A stretch of DNA of 63,546 bases from an uncultured Dehalococcoidales bacterium. GTDB lineage: Bacteria > Chloroflexota > Dehalococcoidia > Dehalococcoidales > G020351185. Position 1 is the stretch's first letter. Each line of letters opens with the position of its first letter. Shown piece by piece: positions 53,040 to 63,546 of the stretch. The notes below the pieces were generated by a model. That model was given only the letters and a program-made list of their open reading frames with translations, was not told the DNA's origin and made no database searches. The stretch spans positions 1 to 63,546 of the forward strand of contig CAYGXW010000003.1 of the NCBI GenBank assembly GCA_964354125.1. Reading direction: 5' to 3'. The position numbers were made by a program, and so were the translations under genes.

Positions 53040-53330
53040 CTAGAAGGGCATAATTTCAATCTGGTAGTCAAGCATCTCAATCTCAAACCGACCATTGGTT
53101 ATAAAATTTACCACTTTTGATAAGACTTCATTGGTATACCGGCTATCATTACTAAGACAACAGACCCCGATGGTCGCTATCTGCCATAACTCCTGGTCAT
53201 CAACCTCGGCAACGGAAACATTAAACCTGTTTCTCAGCTGGATTATAATAGACTTAATTACCCTTCTTTTACCCTTGAGGGACATATTCTCCGGCAGACG
53301 AAGCTTTATCTTGCAGACACCAACATTCAT
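53040..53330 (-). CDS. DUF503 (YlxP-like) small protein
   Basis: 96 aa. The pattern VCKIKLRLPENMSLKGKRRVIKSII..LRNRFNVSVAEVDDQELWQ is typical of DUF503. Confidence 0.65.
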   Translation of the reverse strand: MNVGVCKIKLRLPENMSLKGKRRVIKSIIIQLRNRFNVSVAEVDDQELWQIATIGVCCLSNDSRYTNEVLSKVVNFITNGRFEIEMLDYQIEIMPF

Positions 53331-53503
53331 AACTTATAGACTATCTTGATTTGGCAACTAAATACTTGATAACGGGCTGGGTAGAAATGTGTGCTAAACA
53401 CCTTTTCATTTTACTTAGTTAAGCCTGCCTAAGTCAAGGCTAATCAGTCTTTATGACAAAAAACCCGAATACAAAAAGATACCGCCGGCTCTCCAGTTTT
53501 TGT

Positions 53504-53532
53504 TTTACAGCAACCAGAACTTGTGTTATAAT
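53504..53532 (+). promoter_or_regulatory. Promoter of rpsO-pnp
   Basis: TTTACA (53504-53509), 17-nt spacer, TGt-TATAAT (53524-53532). It lies 30 nt before the TTG start of rpsO. Confidence 0.55.
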
Positions 53533-53561
53533 CTGCAACATAGATAGCGCAGGAGTTTACT

Positions 53562-53825
53562 TTGGACAAACAAAAAAAGGCAGGTATTATTGATAATTAT
53601 AAGGCACACGAAGGAGACACCGGCTCAACCGAAGTTCAGATAGCCGTGCTTACCGAAAGGATAAGCCAGCTGACCAGCCATATGGCGGCTAACAGCCACG
53701 ACTTCCATACCAAGCGTAGCTTACTCAAGCTTATTGGTCAGCGAAGACGACTGCTTGTTTACCTAAACAAACAGGATGTCAACCGTTATAAAAAACTGAT
53801 AAAAAGCCTCGGTCTACGCAAGTAG
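53562..53825 (+). CDS. rpsO: 30S ribosomal protein S15
   Basis: GDTGSTEVQIAVLTERI..L..H......D.H..R.L..L...RR.LL.YL pattern. 87 aa. Confidence 0.9.
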   Translation: MDKQKKAGIIDNYKAHEGDTGSTEVQIAVLTERISQLTSHMAANSHDFHTKRSLLKLIGQRRRLLVYLNKQDVNRYKKLIKSLGLRK

Positions 53826-53833
53826 AGTTCTGT

Positions 53834-56077
53834 TTGCAAAGAAACGACAAGGAGAGACTATTGACAACACCCCATTCTTTTGAGTGCACCATAGGCGGCA
53901 GAAACCTTATTATAGAAACAGGAAGGCTCGCCAGACAGGCAAATGCAGCGGTCACCGTTCGCTATGGAGACACAGTGGTTCTGGTTACCGCCTGCATTAG
54001 CCAACAACCACGGGAAGGGGGCGATTTTCTGCCCCTGACGATTGATTACGAAGAAAGATTATACGCCGCTGGTAAGATTCCAGGTGGTTTTATTAGAAGG
54101 GAAGGCCGCCCCAGCGAGGAGGCTACTCTAACCAGCCGTCTTACCGACCGCCCACTGCGACCATTGTTACCCAAAGAGTGGCGTCGGGATATCCAGCTTA
54201 TAGTTACCGTCCTCTCCGCCGACCGGGAGAATGAACCGGATATCCTGTCTATTATCGGGGGCTCGGCTGTTTTATCAATATCTGGGGTTCCGTTCTATGG
54301 CCCGGTGGCTGCCGTTCATGTCGGCTATATTGAAAACGAGCTGGTTCTAAACCCAACACTAGCCCAGCTTGAAAAAAGCTCCCTTGATTTAGTTGTCGCC
54401 AGCACCAAAGAGGCGATAGTAATGCTGGAAGCCGGAGCCCATTCTGTCAGTGAGGAAATTATCAGCCAGGCGATAAGGTTTGGTCACAAGGCAAACCAGC
54501 AGATTATTTCCCTGCAAGAGCAGCTTATGCAGGCTTGTGGCAAGCCAAAAGAAGAGGTTCCGTTTATTGAGGTTTCACCCGAATTAATATCTGCTATATC
54601 GCCAATTTTAGAACAGAAGCTCTCCCAAGCACTATACCAGCCGTTAAAATCACAGCGAGAAGAGGCACTGGACAAGCTCAAGTCAGAGCTTATAGCCAGT
54701 CTGGGAGAATCCTTTGCTGAAGCTGATATTTTAACCGCTTTTGACAACCTGATTAGAAATGAGGTTAGAAATAATGTCCTTATCAAAGGACAGCGTATCA
54801 GTGGCCGTAGTCTAACAGAACTCCGCCCCATCAGCTGTGAGATAGGTCTACTGCCTCGCGTCCACGGCTCAGCCCTATTCACCCGGGGTGAAACACAGGT
54901 GTTGACAATCACCACCCTGGGCTCAATCAAGAAGGAACAACAGCTTGACGGGCTGGGCATAGAGGAGACCAAGCGCTTCATGCACCACTACAACTTCCCC
55001 CCCTTCTCTACTGGCGAAGTGAAGCGTGTCGGCACACCCAGCCGCCGTGAAATTGGCCACGGTGCTCTGGCAGAACGTGCCCTGTTACCAATACTGCCGC
55101 CGGACGCCGATTTCCCCTATACTATCCGTCTTGTCTCGGAGGTACTGGGCTCTAGTGGCAGCACATCTATGGCTAGTGCCTGCGCCTCCAGTTTGTCTCT
55201 GATGGATGCCGGCATACCGGTAAAATCAGCAGTAGCCGGCATATCGGTAGGTCTGATCACCAGTGAAAAGGGTGATTATAAAATTCTGACCGATATTGAG
55301 GGTTTAGAAGATAATTACGGCGATATGGACTTTAAGATAGCTGGCACTGCTAATGGTATCACAGCAATCCAGCTGGATATTAAGATTAAAGGTATAAGTA
55401 TGGAAATTCTGGAAAAGGCGCTGAGACAAGCCAGGGAAGCCCGCCAGTTTATTCTTAATGAAATGGAGAGGACCATCAGTTCCAGCCGGCCAGAGCTCAG
55501 CCGTTATGCCCCAAGAATGTATAAAATAGTCATACCTCAGGACAAGATTGGTACTGTAATCGGGCCTGGTGGCAAGACAATCAGGTCAATCATTGAGGAA
55601 ACCAAAACAACTGTAGATATTAACAATGATGGCATCGTCTTCATCGGTTCAGTGGATGAAGAATCAGCCCAGAAAGCCATAAAAATGATAGAGGACCTGA
55701 CCAGAGATGTAGAGGTCGGCGGTATCTATACCGGCAAGGTAACCCGCTTAATGAGCTTCGGCGCCTTTGTTGAGATTCTCCCCGGTAGAGAGGGCATGGT
55801 TCATATCAGTGAACTGGCTGACTACCGTGTTGACCGGGTTGAGGATATAGTTAAGGTGGGCGATGAAATTACAGTAAAAGTAACCGAGATTGACAGCCAG
55901 GGCAGGATAAATCTATCACGACGGGCTGTATTTGAAAAGACTCCCGAATCATCCGATAGCCATAAAAAATATGCCTCTCATTTTAACCGCCCATTTAATA
56001 AGCAGCAAAACTCCCGTTCTCCACAGCGCTCCCGACCCACAACAACTAAGCGGCGTTATTGGGATAAAGAGGGATAA
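53834..56077 (+). CDS. pnp: Polyribonucleotide nucleotidyltransferase (PNPase)
   Basis: Two RNase PH domains, KH (IGPGGKTIRSI) and S1 (GGIYTGKVTRLMSFGAFVEI). The start may be the TTG at 53861, after AAGGAGAG. Confidence 0.9.
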   Translation: MQRNDKERLLTTPHSFECTIGGRNLIIETGRLARQANAAVTVRYGDTVVLVTACISQQPREGGDFLPLTIDYEERLYAAGKIPGGFIRREGRPSEEATLTSRLTDRPLRPLLPKEWRRDIQLIVTVLSADRENEPDILSIIGGSAVLSISGVPFYGPVAAVHVGYIENELVLNPTLAQLEKSSLDLVVASTKEAIVMLEAGAHSVSEEIISQAIRFGHKANQQIISLQEQLMQACGKPKEEVPFIEVSPELISAISPILEQKLSQALYQPLKSQREEALDKLKSELIASLGESFAEADILTAFDNLIRNEVRNNVLIKGQRISGRSLTELRPISCEIGLLPRVHGSALFTRGETQVLTITTLGSIKKEQQLDGLGIEETKRFMHHYNFPPFSTGEVKRVGTPSRREIGHGALAERALLPILPPDADFPYTIRLVSEVLGSSGSTSMASACASSLSLMDAGIPVKSAVAGISVGLITSEKGDYKILTDIEGLEDNYGDMDFKIAGTANGITAIQLDIKIKGISMEILEKALRQAREARQFILNEMERTISSSRPELSRYAPRMYKIVIPQDKIGTVIGPGGKTIRSIIEETKTTVDINNDGIVFIGSVDEESAQKAIKMIEDLTRDVEVGGIYTGKVTRLMSFGAFVEILPGREGMVHISELADYRVDRVEDIVKVGDEITVKVTEIDSQGRINLSRRAVFEKTPESSDSHKKYASHFNRPFNKQQNSRSPQRSRPTTTKRRYWDKEG

Positions 56078-56081
56078 GGCT

Positions 56082-56873
56082 ATGGCGCCAATAAGGGTAG
56101 TAGTAAACGGTGCCTCAGGTAAAATGGGGCGAGAGGTAGTCAATGCCCTATGCCATGAACCCGGACTTAAGCTGGTAGGTGCTGTTGAACTTAAGGTCTC
56201 AGATAAATGTCTGGCACTCCCTGATGGCTCAGGTACGGTGCCTTTCTCATCTAAAATAGAAGAAATCATTACCGAATGCCAGCCTGATGTAATAATAGAC
56301 TTCAGTACCGCTCAGGCGGCTATATCAGCGGCTCGTATAGCTGTTAAGCAGGGGGTTAATCTGGTGATAGGCACCACCGGACTAACCGCCCAAGAGCTTG
56401 ATGAGATTGGCAAACTAGCTAAGGCTCATAGTGTTGGGGTGGTGGTAGCCGCTAACTTCGCTCTAGGGGCAATTATGATGATACATCTGGCTAAGATTGC
56501 CACCAGATACTTTAATTATGCCGAAATCATAGAGCAACACCATCACCTCAAAGCCGATGCCCCCTCAGGCACCGCCCTTGCCACGGCTAAGGCTATGGCA
56601 GCTGCCAAGGAAGAACCCTTCTGCCAGCCGCCAGAAAAGAAGCCGTCCCAGAGCCGAGGTAAGCAGGTTGATGGCATTACAATTCATAGTGTAAGATTAC
56701 CTGGCATTCTGGCACGCCAGGAGGTAATTCTTGGTTGTCCGGGACAAACACTTAGCATAAAGCATGATACCGTCAGCCGTGAATGTTATATGCCGGGGGT
56801 TATGCTCGCCACCAGAGAGGTGGTCAAACGCAAGGGTTTGATATATGGCTTAGATACCCTGCTTGGTTTATAG
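56082..56873 (+). CDS. dapB: 4-hydroxy-tetrahydrodipicolinate reductase
   Basis: IRVVVNGASGKMG and EQHHHLKADAPSGTA. The ATG at 56082 removes a spurious overlap with pnp. Confidence 0.9.
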   Translation: MAPIRVVVNGASGKMGREVVNALCHEPGLKLVGAVELKVSDKCLALPDGSGTVPFSSKIEEIITECQPDVIIDFSTAQAAISAARIAVKQGVNLVIGTTGLTAQELDEIGKLAKAHSVGVVVAANFALGAIMMIHLAKIATRYFNYAEIIEQHHHLKADAPSGTALATAKAMAAAKEEPFCQPPEKKPSQSRGKQVDGITIHSVRLPGILARQEVILGCPGQTLSIKHDTVSRECYMPGVMLATREVVKRKGLIYGLDTLLGL

Positions 56874-56882
56874 GAGGTCTCA

Positions 56883-57914
56883 ATGAAGGGCTATAGTGTA
56901 GCTATAGTTGGTGCTACCGGTATGGTCGGGCAGGAGTTTATCAAGGTTCTGGAACAGCGCAACTTCCCGGTGGAATCCATTGAGCTTCTGGCATCAGACC
57001 GTTCGGCAGGTAAAAAGTTGTTCTTCAGCCACCAAGAGATTGAGGTTAAAGAGACGGCTCCTGAGTCGTTTAACGATGTAGACATCGCCCTGTTCTCCGC
57101 CGGTGCCGAGATAAGCCGCTACTTCTCACCTATTGCCGCCCAATCGGGGGCGGTAGTCATAGACAATAGCTCAGCATTCAGGATGGACCCCAAGGTGCCG
57201 CTGGTGGTACCGGAGATAAATCCGGAGGATATTAAGAAGCATAAGGGGATTATAGCCAATCCAAACTGCTCAACTATCCAGATGGTAATAGCCCTATACC
57301 CACTACACAAGGTAAACCCTATAAAACGCATCGTGGCTACTACCTTCCAGTCAGTATCGGGTACCGGGATGGCGGCGGTGGATGAACTAACACTACAGTC
57401 CAAGCAGGTACTTAATGGACAGGCGACCATCCCCCATGTTTATCCCCATCAGATAGCCTTTAATGTGCTCCCGGAGATAGATGTTTTTCTGGATAATGCC
57501 TATACCAAAGAAGAGTGGAAGATGGTGGAAGAAACCAGAAAGATAATGCACGCCGATGATATAGCTATCTCGGCAACCTGTGTCCGCGTCCCGGTCTTTG
57601 TCGGACATAGCGAAGCAATTAATATAGAGTTTTCCCATCCCATGTTCCCGGATGATGTCCGGCGTATTCTGGCTCAGGCACCGGGGGTCAAGCTACTGGA
57701 TGAGCCGGCTATCAGCCTTTACCCCCAGCCGTGGTCAGCCGCCGGCACAGATGAGGTCTTCGTCGGCCGCATCCGCAGAGACTCTTCCCATAACAACGGT
57801 ATCGTGATGTGGGTCGTGGCCGATAATCTAAGAAAAGGAGCCGCCCTGAATGCCGTCCAGATTGCCGAGGAAGTGGTCAAGATGGGCTGTCTCCACTCTG
57901 GAGGTCAGAAATGA
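56883..57914 (+). CDS. asd: Aspartate-semialdehyde dehydrogenase
   Basis: VAIVGATGMVGQ and active-site NPNCSTI. 343 aa. Confidence 0.9.
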   Translation: MKGYSVAIVGATGMVGQEFIKVLEQRNFPVESIELLASDRSAGKKLFFSHQEIEVKETAPESFNDVDIALFSAGAEISRYFSPIAAQSGAVVIDNSSAFRMDPKVPLVVPEINPEDIKKHKGIIANPNCSTIQMVIALYPLHKVNPIKRIVATTFQSVSGTGMAAVDELTLQSKQVLNGQATIPHVYPHQIAFNVLPEIDVFLDNAYTKEEWKMVEETRKIMHADDIAISATCVRVPVFVGHSEAINIEFSHPMFPDDVRRILAQAPGVKLLDEPAISLYPQPWSAAGTDEVFVGRIRRDSSHNNGIVMWVVADNLRKGAALNAVQIAEEVVKMGCLHSGGQK

Positions 57915-58801
57915 AAAATTTAGGACGCTTAATAACAGCTATGGTAACGCCATTCAATGATAATGGCGCCGTGGACTATGAGCAGGCCAAGCGGTTAGCT
58001 TTAGGCTTGCTCAACTCTGGCAGTGATGGTGTGGTGGTGGTGGGCACCACCGGGGAATCACCCACCCTTCTCCGCGAGGAGGAGCTCAAGCTGTTTTCCG
58101 AAATCAAGTCAGCCATAGGTGAACGCGGCTCGGTAATTGCTGGCACCGGCAGTAACAGCACTGCCGAGGCTATAGAGGCTACCAGAGCTGCGGAAAAAAT
58201 CGGGGTTGATGCCTGCTTGCTGGTAGTACCCTACTATAACAAACCGACCCAGGACAACCTATACCAGCACTTTAAAGCTATCGCCCAGAGCACCAGCCTG
58301 CCCTGCATTCTCTACAATGTACCGTCACGCACTGTGGTCAGCCTGTCTGCCGACACAGTAATCAGGCTAAGCCAGATAGAAAATATCATCGGCGTAAAAG
58401 AAGCCAGTGGCAATCTGGATGAAATTGCCAAGATTATTGAAAATACCGGTGATGATTTTACCGTCTGGAGCGGCAACGATAGTGATACCCTGCCCATACT
58501 GGCTCTGGGTGGCTATGGAGTCATCAGTGTCGCCTCAAACCTGGTGGGCAACCAGATACGGGAAATGATTGACAGCTTTATCAGCGGTAAAACAGATAGA
58601 GCCGCCAAGATTCACCGGCACCTTATGCCTTTAGTCAAAGCCCTTTTTATTGTCTCCAACCCGATTCCGGTTAAGTACGCCCTAAACCAAATTGGCTTTA
58701 TGGTGGGTAAACCCCGCCCGCCTCTCTACGAACCAGACGAAAAAACGGCTTCTTTTATACGGGAAACGCTGAAAAACTACAAGATTGATTTGCCTCTATA
58801 G
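57911..58801 (+). CDS. dapA: 4-hydroxy-tetrahydrodipicolinate synthase
   Basis: TAMVTPF, GTTGESPTL, YNVPSRT, and the Schiff-base Lys region IGVKEASG. Confidence 0.9.
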   Translation: MKNLGRLITAMVTPFNDNGAVDYEQAKRLALGLLNSGSDGVVVVGTTGESPTLLREEELKLFSEIKSAIGERGSVIAGTGSNSTAEAIEATRAAEKIGVDACLLVVPYYNKPTQDNLYQHFKAIAQSTSLPCILYNVPSRTVVSLSADTVIRLSQIENIIGVKEASGNLDEIAKIIENTGDDFTVWSGNDSDTLPILALGGYGVISVASNLVGNQIREMIDSFISGKTDRAAKIHRHLMPLVKALFIVSNPIPVKYALNQIGFMVGKPRPPLYEPDEKTASFIRETLKNYKIDLPL

Positions 58802-59620
58802 AACCAGGTAGATAACGGATACAGCAGCAATGCTGGTTATATAAGTAGCCAGCAGAATACCAGCCCTCTTCCACCTGTGAGTCGGCAGCGAACACCAATC
58901 TGGGAGCTTCAGGGGCAGTATAAATGGCACTCTTTGTTGATAGTTTACATAGTCTTCACCAAATTGATTTTTAAGTTTACCCTCCTCATTCAGGGCAAGT
59001 ATTATAAGCACGTATACCAAAGTAAGCCAGAAAAAGAAGTGCAACCACAATGCACCTCCCAAGGTGAACCCCAGGGCCCATATAGCTATCCCTAAATGCT
59101 GAGGGTGTCTCATCGCGGCATAGAGCCCATCAGTAACTAAGCGATTATTTCTCCGCGCTCTTACTATCTGTACCAACCCGACTATCGTAATTGTAGCTCC
59201 TATGGAAATAAGCACAGGAACTATTTCTTCGATAATCACTGAGTCAAAAAAGGAAGCTGAGTGGTGTTCCAGTCTTAGCTTTGTTTCAAGCTCAAACAAA
59301 GGCATTAACAAATATATTATAGGTAAAAATACTATCATAGCCATACCGTTGATAATTGACATAGTGAGAGGTGCATATATAGCCAGGACACCAAAGAATG
59401 TGGCAAATTTGGTTAGTTTTCTTAAGGCTGTGGTAAACAGAAATAGACCCAGCACAACGGCAAACGGAAGAAAAGCCAGGGCGTGAAGCCATAGGGTTCT
59501 ATTATCATATGGGTCAACAGGCTGGAGTAGCGGGATGAATAACCTTGTTATCCATATCGCTATGTAAATAACGAAAGCTACTACTGCGGTGATAAGCCAT
59601 ACTTTCTTCCGAGATAACAC
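58796..59620 (-). CDS. Membrane methyltransferase of the isoprenylcysteine carboxyl / phospholipid methyltransferase family
   Basis: Multi-TM protein with C-terminal GLYAAMRHPQHLG...EE..L...FG..Y..Y motif. Confidence 0.65.
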   Translation of the reverse strand: MLSRKKVWLITAVVAFVIYIAIWITRLFIPLLQPVDPYDNRTLWLHALAFLPFAVVLGLFLFTTALRKLTKFATFFGVLAIYAPLTMSIINGMAMIVFLPIIYLLMPLFELETKLRLEHHSASFFDSVIIEEIVPVLISIGATITIVGLVQIVRARRNNRLVTDGLYAAMRHPQHLGIAIWALGFTLGGALWLHFFFWLTLVYVLIILALNEEGKLKNQFGEDYVNYQQRVPFILPLKLPDWCSLPTHRWKRAGILLATYITSIAAVSVIYLVL

Positions 59621-59711
59621 TCTACAACGTGTCCTATTCTAATTCTTATCTTATGGATATACCATATAAAGCCCGATTGTAAGTATGCTGCTAGTATATG
59701 AGGTTTAAATA

Positions 59712-61642
<1,931 letters not shown>

Positions 61643-61675
61643 TTACCTGAGAAATTCAACTAGCTTGCCAGTCCT

Positions 61676-62848
61676 TCAAACTGGAGCCGATATAGCTTCA
61701 TATTCTGGGAAATGTCGCCGCCATGGAGGCTCGCTAAGTATTCTAACATAGTAATCAAGAACCCGGCGGGCAACCTTTGACCAGTCATAATCCTGGGCGG
61801 TAAGCACCCCCTGGGCTCCCATCTGCCGCCTAAGCGGCTCATCAGAAATCAAGGAAAGTAGAGCACAAGCCAGCTCTTTATCATTTTTCGGCGGCACCAG
61901 CAACCCTTCCCGTCCATGAGTGATAACGCTGGCATAGCCTTCTATACTGGTAGCCACAATCGGCTTGCCAACAGCCATAGCTTCAAGCAAAACTATACCA
62001 AAACTCTCGCCTCCGATGGCTGGTGAACAGAATATGTCAGCCGTTTTATAGTAACGGGGTAATTCGTCATAGGGTAGCATACCGGTAAAAACAACATCGG
62101 CCAAGCCATTGCGCCTGACATACTTCTCATACTTCCTTCTGAATCTGACACCCGGTCCAACAACTATGAGTCTGGCATCTGGAGTCTCTTTCCTGACCTT
62201 CTGGTAAGCCTTAAGCAGGTAGTTCAAGCCTTTGCGTTTTTCCAGACGACCGACAAAGAGAATGTTTATCTTGCCATCACAGAATCTTTCAATTGGTAAA
62301 ACATTTGGGTTAAAGCACTCCAAATCAATTCCGTTAGGGATAATGTTATAGTACCCTGGTACATACTTACTGGCATAATCCATAGCCGTCTTAGAAACAG
62401 CTATTTTACCGACGAGTTTGCGGCGTCTTCTATTTAATAGATAGGTTGATATAGGCCAGCCAAAATTGTATCCTGGGCTACCATGGCAGGCATGGAAGGT
62501 ACCTATATTTACTGAATCCGAAAACCGAAGTACAGCACTACACAGCATAGGCATAAAGGGCTCATGCAGGTGAATAATATCAAACTTCTCCCTGGTAAGA
62601 GTCTCCTTTATCTTGGATGCCAGCCTGAGAGACATACTAATACGAATTGTGGTACCGCGAACCGGGAAAGGGCGTGCCTTGCCAATATGTAAAACATTTC
62701 TATCTCTATCAGGGATTTCTCTAGATGCCGGGGCAATAATTCGTACTTCATGCCCCATCTTGGTGAACTGCTTGTTCAAGGCTAGGATATGATTAACCAC
62801 ACCACCCGGGTGGGCAAAATCGTAAGGGGAAACCAGAGCAATCTTCAT
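61676..62848 (-). CDS. GT4 glycosyltransferase, PimA-like (phosphatidylinositol mannosyltransferase-like)
   Basis: MKIALVSPYDFAHPGGVVNHILAL start and ESFGIVLLEAMAVGKPIV motif. 390 aa. Confidence 0.7.
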   Translation of the reverse strand: MKIALVSPYDFAHPGGVVNHILALNKQFTKMGHEVRIIAPASREIPDRDRNVLHIGKARPFPVRGTTIRISMSLRLASKIKETLTREKFDIIHLHEPFMPMLCSAVLRFSDSVNIGTFHACHGSPGYNFGWPISTYLLNRRRRKLVGKIAVSKTAMDYASKYVPGYYNIIPNGIDLECFNPNVLPIERFCDGKINILFVGRLEKRKGLNYLLKAYQKVRKETPDARLIVVGPGVRFRRKYEKYVRRNGLADVVFTGMLPYDELPRYYKTADIFCSPAIGGESFGIVLLEAMAVGKPIVATSIEGYASVITHGREGLLVPPKNDKELACALLSLISDEPLRRQMGAQGVLTAQDYDWSKVARRVLDYYVRILSEPPWRRHFPEYEAISAPV

Positions 62849-62896
62849 AATTAGCTACCTTAATCCCCGTTAATTTAGCCGGCACCAATTATACGG

Positions 62897-63546
62897 TTAT
62901 GCTTTTACTTGCCCAGACTTTTCCACCGGCTCGCTCTTTGGCAACTCAGCAATAAACTCTTCAACCATCTGGCGAGCCTCGTTATCAGTAAATTGAACTG
63001 GGGGTGATTTCATAAAATAGGCCGATGGGGCTACGATTGCCCCCTTGAGCCCCCTATCCAGAGCTAGCTTACAGCAACGAATGGCATCAATAACCACCCC
63101 GGCTGAGTTGGGGCTATCCCATACCTCAAGCTTTAATTCAAGGTTCAAGGGAACATCGCCAAAGGTGCGCCCCTCCATTCGGATATGACAGAACTTACGG
63201 TCGGTGAGCCAGGGAACGTAGTCGCTAGGGCCGATATGAATATCATCCGGGTCAAGCTTATAGTCAAGTTGAGAGGTAACAGCATTGGTCTTGGATATCT
63301 TCTTGGACTCAAGCCGCTCCCGCTCCAGCATATTCAGGAAGTCGGTATTACCGCCAAAGTTCAGTTGATATGTCCTCTCTATCTTAACGCCACGGTCCCG
63401 GAACAACCTTGTCAGCACCCTGTGTACTATGGTTGCCCCAACCTGAGATTTTATATCATCACCAATAACGGGCAATCCCTTTTTCTCAAAGCGCTGCTGC
63501 CAGTACTTTTCCCGGGCAATAAACACCGGAATGCAGTTTATAAAAC
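62897..63546 (-). CDS. myo-Inositol-1-phosphate synthase, C-terminal part (gene continues past the right edge)
   Basis: [39 protein letters not shown] and [18 protein letters not shown] blocks. The reading frame is open to the window end. Confidence 0.8.
   Translation of the reverse strand, partial: FINCIPVFIAREKYWQQRFEKKGLPVIGDDIKSQVGATIVHRVLTRLFRDRGVKIERTYQLNFGGNTDFLNMLERERLESKKISKTNAVTSQLDYKLDPDDIHIGPSDYVPWLTDRKFCHIRMEGRTFGDVPLNLELKLEVWDSPNSAGVVIDAIRCCKLALDRGLKGAIVAPSAYFMKSPPVQFTDNEARQMVEEFIAELPKSEPVEKSGQVKA

Noticed and set aside
55932-56081. N-terminal extensions suggested by the ORF track that create long gene overlaps: dapB from 55932, purA from 61034, protease from 44348, methyltransferases from 31699 and 28274, dehydratase from 30954, MtaB-like from 45682
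   Set aside because: In each case an internal ATG preceded by a GGAGG-type SD gives the family-typical N-terminus and removes or minimises the overlap. The extensions have no homology-like features.

Overview
This is 63.5 kb of a bacterial chromosome, about half accessory and half core. The taxonomic guess is a Chloroflexi/Dehalococcoidia-like lineage, which is inference only. Positions ~2.4-38.8 kb form one very large surface-glycan biosynthesis island. It is built from two tightly packed convergent operons whose last genes share overlapping stop codons at 16044-16047. The plus-strand operon (4151-16047) is led by a small XRE-type HTH gene behind a near-consensus promoter. It encodes a WbpA/B/E/D-type 2,3-diacetamido-hexuronate module, a GT2::deacetylase fusion, a DUF354 protein, a CapK/PaaK-type adenylating ligase, a GT4 and an SDR-nucleotidyltransferase-SDR trio. 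The minus-strand operon (38784-16044) has at least two strong internal promoters that share a conserved block. It encodes a Wzy_C (O-antigen-ligase-like)::TPR fusion, a GT4, a DUF2206-like polytopic (GT-C-like) membrane protein and a five-bladed Asp-box propeller. It also encodes three SAM methyltransferases, a second PseB-like dehydratase with a reductase, a GT2, an unassigned 639-aa GT-B protein and a Wzx flippase. Its distal end is a complete NeuC-type (legionaminic-acid-like) nonulosonate cassette with an embedded N-acetyl-sugar amidotransferase. Several parts (DUF354, DUF1616-like, DUF2206-like, diacetamido-uronate plus ligase plus amidotransferase) resemble archaeal N-glycan toolkits, and no priming phosphoglycosyltransferase is visible. 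I consider this island the best candidate for a novel system. To its right lie three tandem intrinsic terminators, a truncated tyrosine-recombinase gene, a lipoprotein gene flanked by 29-nt direct repeats, and tRNA-Arg(TCG). The right half (41-63.5 kb) is core: a divergent PEPCK, a frameshifted GNAT, an AT-rich orphan cytoplasmic trypsin-like protease, an MtaB-like enzyme, fabF, recJ, plsY, ppa, lgt, an MrfA/YprA-like helicase, DUF503, rpsO-pnp-dapB-asd-dapA, an ICMT-like methyltransferase, purA, and an inositol-lipid trio (CDP-alcohol phosphatidyltransferase, PimA-like GT4, partial inositol-1-phosphate synthase). I saw no rRNA, CRISPR array or transposase. All family assignments come from motif recognition by eye and need HMM or BLAST confirmation.
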